DNA of 64,000 nucleotides, taken from Perkinsela sp. CCAP 1560/9. Lineage: Eukaryota; Protista; Euglenozoa: Kinetoplastea. The DNA lies in contig CBFFSA010000011.1 of the NCBI GenBank assembly GCA_965644495.1, positions 248,001 through 312,000 of the forward strand, given 5' to 3'. Below are positions 47,844 through 57,507 of this stretch, one piece after another. Position 1 is the first letter of the stretch. Every line of letters begins with the position of its first letter. Both the position numbers and the translations under genes were made by a program. The notes below the pieces were generated by a model that did no database searches, was not told the origin of the DNA, and was given only the letters and a program-made list of their open reading frames with translations.

Positions 47844-48842
47844 ATGTCGCCTTGGGTACTCTACAACCCCTCCACGTGCATTGTGCAAATTAAAATAGCG
47901 CTTGACGGCCTTAGCCCACCGATCTGGCGACGCGTGCTGATGGATGACTACGACTCACTCGGTGTTCTCCATGAGGTCATTCAACGTGTAATGCCTTGGA
48001 ACGACGGCCATTGTCATTGTTTTACTATCCTAAATGAGTACTACGAGCGCAATCCAATGACCGAAATCCGTGAGGCGAGACGTGAGGAAGATTACATGCT
48101 TCAAACGGTGATCTCATGGGGGGTGAAAAAATTTAAGTACTCGTATGACTATGGCGATTCTTGGGAACACACGATTGAGATTGAAAAAACCCTTCCGATG
48201 GATCCCTCTCTTCGCTATCCGGTCTGCATAAAGGGGAAATATGGATGTCCTCCGGATGACTGCGGGGGTACCGATGGGTACATAGGTATGCTCCAAACAC
48301 TGCGCGCACCGGGTGATTCAGAGGAAAAACAAGAATATTTGGAATGGTTGGGGGGGCCCTTTGATCCGTTTGTATTTGACATGGACCAGGCGAATGAGCG
48401 CCTGGAAGAACTTCGGCCAAGGCGACGTGCTCCCAAAGAATCTGGCCCGAAGAAAACAAAGTCCACCACGTCTGGAAAGAGCAAGCTCTCGAAGAAAGGC
48501 ACACAGACCAAAGAGAAGCAGTCCGATGAAAAGGTAAAAGGCAAGAAAAATGTGAAGGCAACTAAAACGAAACCAAAAGCAGGTGAAAAGGCTAAAAATG
48601 TCGAGAAAAAGACGACAACTGCGTCAAAGGGAAGGGCCAAAAAGACAAGCACGACTTCCAGTACACAACAGAAAGCGAAATCGAACAAGAAACGGGAGAG
48701 CAAGCCCAAAACGAAGAGGGGAAAAGCGAGTACCGTTGGTAAGCGCGAACGCGTAGAACGTAAGCAAACGGCGGCGCAGAAAAAGAACTCGAAAGTGAAG
48801 CGAGTTTCTTCCAGCATTAAAAAGGGCACTTCACGGAAATAA
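47844..48842 (+). CDS. pRiA4b ORF-3 / MM3350-like domain protein with Lys-rich C-terminal tail
   Basis: QIKIAL....PPIWRR.....L..LH..IQ..M.W...H.H.F; YSYDYGDSWEHTI; G..GCPPDDCGG..GY; FDP..FD. Confidence 0.88.
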   Translation: MSPWVLYNPSTCIVQIKIALDGLSPPIWRRVLMDDYDSLGVLHEVIQRVMPWNDGHCHCFTILNEYYERNPMTEIREARREEDYMLQTVISWGVKKFKYSYDYGDSWEHTIEIEKTLPMDPSLRYPVCIKGKYGCPPDDCGGTDGYIGMLQTLRAPGDSEEKQEYLEWLGGPFDPFVFDMDQANERLEELRPRRRAPKESGPKKTKSTTSGKSKLSKKGTQTKEKQSDEKVKGKKNVKATKTKPKAGEKAKNVEKKTTTASKGRAKKTSTTSSTQQKAKSNKKRESKPKTKRGKASTVGKRERVERKQTAAQKKNSKVKRVSSSIKKGTSRK

Positions 48843-49343
48843 TTTTTACACTTCTTTTTCAAGCATTTCTATATTTTTCTGTACAGTACAGTATAAGTTT
48901 AGAGGTTTTATATAGTAGTAGATTTAATACTTTAGTGGCCTATAGCATAGTTTACCTACCCTGTAGTAACCTAGTACAGGTAAGCACGATAGGTATTTAT
49001 ATCATAGGACCTCACGGGTCTATTTTGAGCTTAAAAAGATTGTTAGAGTGAGAAGGGCACAACACTCCTTGTTGGAAACGATGTCATTCTTGAAAAGAGG
49101 AAAGACCAAAACAAGGAAAAGAAATAAAATCGCGGAAGACGTCTACTGAAACGCGTTTTCTTGACAGAATTTCATGAAAGCGTAGTGTTGAGCTTTCACT
49201 GGCAAACATCAGACATATTAAATTGTTGTACGCATCATAAAAACATTTTAAGCACAGGCGTACATCTCAATACCCAAATAATCAACCAAATAGTCAACAC
49301 CTCTTTCAAAAACGATTAAAAGGTTTCTATTATCACTTCTGCT

Positions 49344-51020
49344 ATGCATTTTATACCCTCTTTTTGTGACGATGCACAGCCACCGTCACGGCGATCTTCT
49401 TCACCCGGATTACACAAAACACCTGCTACTGCTGTTGGCAAAGTTCACTCCTACGCCCTCCCGGTGGTATACGACCTCGCACGTCTGGTGGAACACATCA
49501 GCAACCCCCACCCCTCGTGGACCTTAGAGACGCCCCCCTGTTCGTGGGATGGGGTCACGTGCGATCCCCCCACCGGGGCTGTCACGGAGCTGCGCTGGAT
49601 GGATCGCGGATTACGTGCGAGAAATTTCTCCCTGCAACATCTTCCTCGTACGCTGCATCTCGTGGATCTCTCTGGCAACAATCTACGGGGTACGGTGCTG
49701 CTGAACGCGCTGCCAGATACCTTGCGAGAGCTTGTGATGGACAGAAATCTTTTGCATGGCGAAATCGATTTGTGTGACCTTTCGGAGGCCTTGGAACGGT
49801 TGAGCTTGGCGCATAACCAGTTTCAGGGTTCCGTAGAACTTGCCTCACTTCCTCCTCACTTGCGTATTCTGTGCTTAAATGAAAACGCGTTCGAGGGAGA
49901 AATTGCTTTGGGGAAGCTCCCTAATACGCTCGAAGGCATGGATCTGTCGGAGAATCAATTCCATGGGACCTGCGTACTTGATATGTTTCCTCCTTCTCTT
50001 AAGAGTTTGAGACTAAGCAAAAATAAATTGTCGGGCAATTTGTATTTTGAAGCCCTTCCGCGCGGACTCGAGGATCTAGTGATCAATGAAAATAAATTTC
50101 AAGCAGAATTAAAATTCCAGAACTTACCTCCCGCACTCCGTTGTCTTCAATTGGAAAATAACCAATTTTCGGGTCACATTGACACGTCAAGTTTTCCGAA
50201 TGAAATACAACTTGTTTTACTGTACAGCAATCTCTTTACAGGGCAGTTTCTTTTTGAATCCCTTCCTAATTTGCAGTATCTTTCCCTCGCGCATAATAAA
50301 GTGACAGGTAAAGTGCCTCCTAATGTACCTCTTCCGGAGGTTGAAATGCTAAACCTCCATAAATGCGATTTCGAAGGTCCATTCGATATGACGACTCTCC
50401 CGCCCACCTTGAAGTTCTTACTTCTCTATGGGAATCGCTTTGATGGACAGCTCGACCTAAATCATTTGCCGTTGGAGATACAGATGCTCAACGCGGCACA
50501 TAACCAGTTTACTGGGTCTATTTCCTTGGACCAACTACCCGTTGGATTGAACGAACTACGCCTTGGGGGTAATAATTTAGATGGTACGCTGCTGCTTACG
50601 CACCTTCCAGACTCCTTGGAGCATCTTCACCTGCAAGAAAATTTATTTACAGGAGAAATAGATCTTTCTGCGCTTCCTGAGAGGCTAAAAAGTGTACGAC
50701 TCCATCAAAATGCGCTCACAGGAGCTGTACATAGTGAGAATCTCCCAGAATCTCTCGAGGAATTATCCCTTCATAGTACTTTCCTCCACGTATGCATCGA
50801 CAAATATCACCATCCCCCCAATCTGGATATTTCCCCAATCTTGGAGACCACCGTTTGGGTATTAGACAAAGCGGGGAAGGTGTGCCGCGTTCCTTTCAAG
50901 GGTTCTAAACACTGCTTAATGGTATGGGATGTGCAAGGCTCCAGCACTGCGGAAGAAATACAGCATCGGTACGGTGAGTTCCTTTTTGATCAAGATTACG
51001 TGGAAGAGGAAGCCCTGTAG
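49344..51020 (+). CDS. Long LRR family protein (~17 repeats)
   Basis: GKVHSYALP motif, NPHPSW...PPCSWDGVTC cap, many 23-aa LRRs and a non-LRR C-terminus. Confidence 0.92.
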   Translation: MHFIPSFCDDAQPPSRRSSSPGLHKTPATAVGKVHSYALPVVYDLARLVEHISNPHPSWTLETPPCSWDGVTCDPPTGAVTELRWMDRGLRARNFSLQHLPRTLHLVDLSGNNLRGTVLLNALPDTLRELVMDRNLLHGEIDLCDLSEALERLSLAHNQFQGSVELASLPPHLRILCLNENAFEGEIALGKLPNTLEGMDLSENQFHGTCVLDMFPPSLKSLRLSKNKLSGNLYFEALPRGLEDLVINENKFQAELKFQNLPPALRCLQLENNQFSGHIDTSSFPNEIQLVLLYSNLFTGQFLFESLPNLQYLSLAHNKVTGKVPPNVPLPEVEMLNLHKCDFEGPFDMTTLPPTLKFLLLYGNRFDGQLDLNHLPLEIQMLNAAHNQFTGSISLDQLPVGLNELRLGGNNLDGTLLLTHLPDSLEHLHLQENLFTGEIDLSALPERLKSVRLHQNALTGAVHSENLPESLEELSLHSTFLHVCIDKYHHPPNLDISPILETTVWVLDKAGKVCRVPFKGSKHCLMVWDVQGSSTAEEIQHRYGEFLFDQDYVEEEAL

Positions 51021-51059
51021 AAAAAAACTTTTAAGAGGCGAACGCACAGCAAAAAAATC

Positions 51060-53870
51060 GGCTACAGACTACTTATATTGTACCCATATGATATTTTTAC
51101 TGCTTTTTCCACTTTTTACCCCCTTTTCGTCTATCTTAGCATTCAAATCAAATCAACAAACCTTGAATCACACCCCAATCTTCACTCTCTTCTTCAGAGT
51201 CATCTTCTGTCTCTTCATTGTCGTTGTCTTCGTCCCTTTCTACTTCTTTCCTTTCCACTTCATCTTTTACGGACTTCAGAGCCAACAAAAGAGCGCGGAA
51301 GCGTTCTTGCCAGCTTGCGTTCTTAAAAAACAGCGTGTACAATGAAACAACTTCATCAGCCTTATGCGGATGCATTGAGAGTCTTCCTTGCTTTCATATT
51401 CCCCTCTTTACAGAAGAGTGGCACGACTCGGCATTGTTCGTATGTATTCCCTCCTTTGTAACAAAACGATATTTACCTTTTGTGCTATGGTTCACGACTC
51501 GATGATCTCTTACGGCATTTAATCCACGGTACGCCCGCCAAGCATCTGTGTTTACGATCGTGCGGTAGCTGTCCACTGTGTGCTTTTTCACAAAATTTTG
51601 TAAAGTAGTCCTGTCCCTTTTTTCAACGCGCTTCCATACAGGGGGGGCCACGAAAACTGACAAGGTCCGCATTTTAGCGTCCTGAGGCAGTTTGAGCTGA
51701 TTTTTGTTGCAAACGAGAGATCTCGTTCTGAATATCGTGTCTACGCTATTTAAAATACAAAAACGTTCGCCGGAAAACATTTCCAATGAGTTACAAAAGT
51801 GAAATTTTAAAGATTTTGCAAATTGAAAAACGGGTCTAAAATTCGTAATTTTTAGCGTACGTACCACGGCCCAAAAAGTACCCAGAAAGTAGGTCTTAAT
51901 AGCCAGTATTCCCACCTCCACGCTCACGTAGTATAGCGAGGCGCGTGGGAAGACTCTTTAGCGTATTCACATACGCCTCGTGACATTCGTTCAACAAATA
52001 TTCCTTGGCCTTTGGAATAGCCGCTTGTAATTCTTTTCGATTCTGTGGACCGAGATGGCTGTGGATGTACTTATCCATCATACTCCACAAATTCTCAATC
52101 AAATTGAGATCAGGAGATTTCGAAGGCCAATCAATAATTTTGATGTCTTCCAACTATTCTCCTGGCTTCCCCATGCCCTGGGCGTTGTCAAGGATAATTG
52201 TAGCCCCGGGGCGGCGATGCATCCAGTTGAAAAACCCATTTCGTTTTTTCATTGCATTCAAAAAGACCTCATTTGTAACAGTTTCATTTTGTGCGAACTC
52301 ATGGAAACACGCATCAGGCACTTCCCAACGGAGACTGGTGGCCATGAATACATGAACTCCTTTCCCCCCATACCACCTATCTAATTGTACTGGTGTTTCC
52401 TTGGGGGGGTCAGTCATTTTTGCAAGGTACGTATTTTTTTGTGATCCGCATCGAAAGATTTTTTCGTTGCACCACACAATACGAGACAGCTGATCTGGGC
52501 TGAATCCCTCAAAGTAATCAGCAAGTTGTAGTCTAGCAGCCTTGTGCTCAGCTGTTAAAAAAGGCTTGTGCGACATCGTCTTAATGACGTATCCCATCTT
52601 TTTCAAACTCCGTTTCACGGTGTTTAGATTACATGGATAAAGTACTTTATCCACTCTCTTATGTACCCATTTAAACCCCGGACACCCGAATTGTGTGTCT
52701 CGCTCAGCATCAACAATAGCACAGAGCATGGCTCGGAACTCCTCCGTATCAACGCCGTTATCGCGCGAGTAGGGTGCACTTGCCACGTCACCTGACTCAT
52801 CGAAACGCGCTTTGTACCGAGAGACAGAGCTCTCTGAACAGTTCATCATACGTGCCGTATCCGGAATAGATGTCCCACGGTGTCTTTCGTGTGCGCAGAC
52901 AATGCGCACAGGATATGAACACTGTTCTGGTGATAGCTGGCGACGGTTTAGTCTATTCCGTTTGCCCATAGTAAGGTAAAAAGAAGAAAAAATAGCCTTT
53001 TTTACGTTTTTCGATACTTTTTGCAAAATATTTTGCCCAAAATTTCAATATTTTGTAAATATATTTTTTTTTATTAGCAGAAACGGGCTCCAAATAGCGT
53101 AGACACGATATTCAGAACGAGATCTCTCGTTTGCAACAAAAATCAGCTCAAACGGCCTCAGGACGCTAAAATGCGGACCTTGTCAGTTTTCGTGGCCCCC
53201 CCTGTATAGTACGGCCACAACTACCATCTCTTTCGATCCCAGTAATTGTAGCCATGTAAAAAGATCTTTTTCTCACTCGGCATCACCGATGATACTTCCG
53301 TGGAAAAAGATAGGTTTCATCAACTGCGCACCTAGAGAGCTTGATTTCCTCGTTGCGTTTCAGTACGGCCTTATGAATCCATAGCAGAAGTTGTTTTTTC
53401 CATTTGAAAACAGTACGTCGGGCTACCTTACACTGTGAGGCCAGACTTGCCATTTCGACCCGTTGACAAAGTTTGATCCAAAACATGAATTTCATTTCAG
53501 GCTTTTTTGTTTCGAAGAAAAAAAAGGTGCGAGCCTAGTAAGGCGTTTCCTGCATTTAGCACCACAATTTCTGCGCCAGCAAATGGACAATGAGGGATTC
53601 GACTTGTGAGGAGTGCCAGGTAATTTATGTGTAGGGCATTTATCTTGTCGCACTATTCCATGAGATACCAGGAAAGACACAAAATTATCAGGGATATCTC
53701 CAGCATGCTTGAATCGGAGAATGCACCGAAGATCGGAACGAGCATTTATTGGACAAAAATATGTAGGATAGATGTACAGAGCCAAAAAATTAACATTAGC
53801 AAAAAGATGCGACAAAATACAAAAAAAATAAAAAAACCAAATTTTGGGTACAATATAAGTTCTCATTGCC
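51060..53870 (-). mobile_element. Merlin (IS1595/ISXO2-like) element interrupted by a Tc1
   Basis: GGC..ACTTATATTGTACCCA TIR cores; flanks (C)AAAAAAATC / CAAAAAATC (~9-bp TSD). Transposase pieces: Zn ribbon, AVDET, R.YHR, NTDAWRAY, VNHS, GIHTNNAES. Confidence 0.85.
51639..53204 (-). mobile_element. Full-length Tc1/IS630-like element, ~112-bp TIRs, TA TSD, dead transposase
   Basis: TA|CAGGGGGGGCCACGAAAACTGACAAGG... mirrored at 53092-53204. ORF ~52969-51896 has one in-frame TAG, WCNEK (D>N), LDNA and WPSKSPDLNLIE. Confidence 0.95.
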
Positions 53871-54037
53871 CAAAAAATCAATTAACAATTTATTTTCGTA
53901 TCAATTACTCAGTAATTCAATGATGTACGCAACATGACAAAGCTCTACTGCGGGTAAAGAACACTTAATAATACTAATAAAACACGTAATACGCTTCACT
54001 TTATTTTTCTACAATTTTGATATCCTGTGACACTTTT

Positions 54038-56242
54038 ATGACGCTCTTGTTCACTGCCTTGCTCGTACCACTGCTTGCTCATGATGAGCTGGATGTGTTA
54101 GACCGATTCACCCCTCAGCATCCTGATTTAGAATCACCACGATTCGAGCGCTTACGTAGGCAGCCCATGACAAGCCTGCAACGTTGGCAAACACAGCACA
54201 TGAATTTCAACACGCCGCTTTCCTGGGAATCGGATGACCCAAGTACGGAAGGCGACATCTCGGATGATTTCCAAGACGGTTTTCAAAAGTATCGCGGACA
54301 GACACTTCTGTACCGACTCTGGAACCGCATCGTCCATCTTTTCACCCCATGCTGTGAAACCGACCCCGGTCCCGACCCGATCCCCACAACGCCCTCCCGA
54401 AATCGAAAAACCAGCTGGAATTCGATTTCCGAACCTGTCTCGACCACTACCTTATACCCAACAACACAACCTTCCCTCTCAACCCCCACAAAATGCACAA
54501 CCCGCAGCCCTCTCTCGCAGGGCTACTGGGGAGAGGAGAACGCCGCGGTGCCCGTGCGGGACGACACGGTGCAACCCACACCCTCCCACGGCGCTCTCTC
54601 CCGCAATGCCTCCGTACTCCTTCTCGACCCCTTCGCCCCGATTGAGGTCGACTTCTCCGAGGATGCGGAACAAGAGGTTTCGGAGGAGGAAGAAGAAGAA
54701 GATGAAGACTATGAGGGGGAGGGGGGGGACGGCGACAACCACGAGCCCCCCTCTCATCGTCTCCGGGGGAGTAAGTCGGGACTCAGCGCTCCGCCCCCGC
54801 CCTCCTGGCTGGGCTACACCCTTCGCCGGTTCCTTCACTGGCTGCGGGACTTCCCGCGACGGTTCCATGCGTTTGCGATGGGACGGCGGTCGATGCCCGA
54901 GGACCACTACCGGGAACGTCCCGGGACCTCGTTTCTTGATTCGATGGGGTCGTGGTGTACACGACAGCCCGTGGGGAAGCCCCATAAAAAAAAGGGAAGG
55001 AGAAAACAACAAAAAGAAAGGGACCAAAACAAGAAAAAGGAGAAAAACGAGAAATCCGGGGATAGTTCTCCTTTTCAGGGGTATAACCCTTGGTATGAAA
55101 ACACCACAGAATCGGATTCCTCTTCCTCCTGTTCGTATTCTTCATCATCCTTCCACAATGCTGCTGCGGAGTCGCACTCCAAAAGCAGTACTCCTCCCCA
55201 TCGGCCTCTGCCCCATGAGGTCGCGATGGCCACCAAACACCCCCGGCAGTGTGCGCTGCACGTCGCACTGTGTCCGAAATCGGACCCGGCCACAAAAATC
55301 CCGTTTTCAACGAAGCAACAAGACGGGCTCTGGGATGCGCTCACCGGGGCGGCCCAGGTCCCCCGGGTGGTGGTCCCGGGGGAGAGCTTCGAGTGCTCGC
55401 GGTTTCACCCGAGAACGAACCCCGGGCGCCGACTGGTGTTGCGCGGGGGACACAAGAAACGGTTTCCTGGGCACCCGATCTTTTTGTCCGAAATCCCCGT
55501 GCTACGGGATTGGTGGGATGGACTGGAGGAGATGAACCCGTGCGCGATGACACGGGTGGCGGAGAGTCCAGAGCGTAAGCGTGAGGCGGGGGGTTGCGAT
55601 AAAAAAGAGGCATTGGAGGGGAAATCGGATTCCGGAGGGAGAGACACTGAGGTTTCATTTTCGGCCGTTTCGTCTTCATCGGGTGCAGCCTCGTCTTCGG
55701 GAGCGAGTTCATCTTCTGGGGAGGTGTCCGTTGAGGTTTTGTCTTCTGGGGCTTCTTCTTCTTTGTCTTCATCTTCTACAACGCCGCGTAAAGCATTCTG
55801 CTCCCCCCTCTCCCCGTCCTATCGAAGGCATCACACCAATCTCTACGGTAAACACACAACGGGAATATGTACGCTGGATATCCCTGCAACGCTGCAAAAG
55901 AAACTCGACCGGCACGTGAGGCGTCAAATTGCCATCCAGGGACAAATTACGCCCTTTGAGGCGTGGCTCCCCGGGGAGGAAACTAGCAAGGCAGGGAAGG
56001 GGGATAAAAAAGGGGAAAAGGAAAGGGAGGGACAGCAAGAAACTACTGGCTACTCTTCTTCCTCATCTTCCCCTCTTCCGTACTACCGACCGGTTCGTGC
56101 AGAAATCTTTGAAAGAGGATATCTGTGGGGGAAGGGCGAGAGCGTGTCAAATGGGGATCGCACGGGAACCTCCAGATATTACTTTCTGGTGTGTCCTTGT
56201 GTGTATGAGCCTGTGGTGGGTTTAATGCGGGGCGAAATGTAG
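54038..56242 (+). CDS. Hypothetical low-complexity protein with N-terminal hydrophobic (signal-like) segment
   Basis: ~734-aa ORF, MTLLFTALLVPLLA start, with acidic, basic and Ser tracts. Confidence 0.65.
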   Translation: MTLLFTALLVPLLAHDELDVLDRFTPQHPDLESPRFERLRRQPMTSLQRWQTQHMNFNTPLSWESDDPSTEGDISDDFQDGFQKYRGQTLLYRLWNRIVHLFTPCCETDPGPDPIPTTPSRNRKTSWNSISEPVSTTTLYPTTQPSLSTPTKCTTRSPLSQGYWGEENAAVPVRDDTVQPTPSHGALSRNASVLLLDPFAPIEVDFSEDAEQEVSEEEEEEDEDYEGEGGDGDNHEPPSHRLRGSKSGLSAPPPPSWLGYTLRRFLHWLRDFPRRFHAFAMGRRSMPEDHYRERPGTSFLDSMGSWCTRQPVGKPHKKKGRRKQQKERDQNKKKEKNEKSGDSSPFQGYNPWYENTTESDSSSSCSYSSSSFHNAAAESHSKSSTPPHRPLPHEVAMATKHPRQCALHVALCPKSDPATKIPFSTKQQDGLWDALTGAAQVPRVVVPGESFECSRFHPRTNPGRRLVLRGGHKKRFPGHPIFLSEIPVLRDWWDGLEEMNPCAMTRVAESPERKREAGGCDKKEALEGKSDSGGRDTEVSFSAVSSSSGAASSSGASSSSGEVSVEVLSSGASSSLSSSSTTPRKAFCSPLSPSYRRHHTNLYGKHTTGICTLDIPATLQKKLDRHVRRQIAIQGQITPFEAWLPGEETSKAGKGDKKGEKEREGQQETTGYSSSSSSPLPYYRPVRAEIFERGYLWGKGESVSNGDRTGTSRYYFLVCPCVYEPVVGLMRGEM

Positions 56243-56814
56243 AGCAGGATGAATGGAGAGATGCGATAGCATGGGTTACGAGACACTTGTATTGGTGTAT
56301 TGGTCATTAGCAATGCTGTACTACCTTAATATCGATATCTTGTAGGACGTCACGTAACTTTTTACACGTTCTGTTCTTCCATTTTGATATGGTCGCACAA
56401 GGATCGCAAAGACTTGGCCAACTTTTCTATGAGGTCGCTAGCAATTGCTTTTCTCTTTTTCCCCATTGCAAAGTCCAATGCTCCGAGTAAGGTTCCGCGT
56501 TCTTCGGAAGAATGGTCAGACTTTGTTTTGGTCAGACTTTGTTTTGGTCGGACTTTGCTTTGGTGGACATTGTTGCGTGACGCAGATTTCATATTACCAC
56601 GTCGCCTTGGAGACGCGCTGAGCGTGATCATGACGAAAATAGTATAAAGAATGCTACGTACAACGGCTAATAAGGCATTTTTAGCATATTTTGTATTCAC
56701 ATTATTTACGTCGCAAAGCCTTCCATATTTCTTTCTTCTAGTTTTTTGTTTTTGTATTTACTTTTAGTACAGCTCAGAATAATGTCGAAGGTGGTATCTT
56801 GAAATCGCTAAATC

Positions 56815-57279
56815 ATGTTACACAAGAGGCTCATAACGCTTCCGTCCAAATCCGAGGTTGCGTTAGGCGCCTGCGTGATATCCTTTGCCATGCTCGTCCG
56901 GTACGGTTATCGTTTAGCTCAACAGAAACATTTTTCTGAAACAAACCCTGATCCCTTGCCTTTTGTAACATCGTCCTACAAATACTCAACAAACGAGGTA
57001 CTTAACAACAGCGAAACTTCACCAACTACTGTAGAAATTATAAAGGAGGTCCTCTCCAAGGACGCTCATGACATCCAGGATTCTGAATTCGAGCCAGATA
57101 CAGGTATGGAAGAATTCAGTGAGTATTCCGACACAATAGACAGTATGCTGGGCGCTGGCTGGGATTCTCCTTGGGATTTGGATTGGATGATGTTACAAAA
57201 TAATATGGAGTTCTCAGAATCTGATTCGTTTCCGTACGATGGGATTGCAGATGGGCACCTCATTGAGGAAATCGAATAA
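56815..57279 (+). CDS. Hypothetical protein, one N-terminal hydrophobic segment and acidic C-terminus
   Basis: 154-aa ATG ORF on the gene strand. Confidence 0.55.
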   Translation: MLHKRLITLPSKSEVALGACVISFAMLVRYGYRLAQQKHFSETNPDPLPFVTSSYKYSTNEVLNNSETSPTTVEIIKEVLSKDAHDIQDSEFEPDTGMEEFSEYSDTIDSMLGAGWDSPWDLDWMMLQNNMEFSESDSFPYDGIADGHLIEEIE

Positions 57280-57507
57280 GCGGTATCCAGCATGATGAAT
57301 CAAGTCACACAGCACGTACCATGCCCAGTCGACATGTGCCCATGCATATCTTTATCGTAATAATACCCAAATATTAATCTAGGATTATGTTGTACACGTC
57401 AACTTCAATTTTCACCTTTTCGTACTCCTTTTTTGTCTTCTCACACACACTTATTTCACCTTTATCAACGAATAGCATCTTTTTTAACCCACCTCACAAC
57501 CGACACC

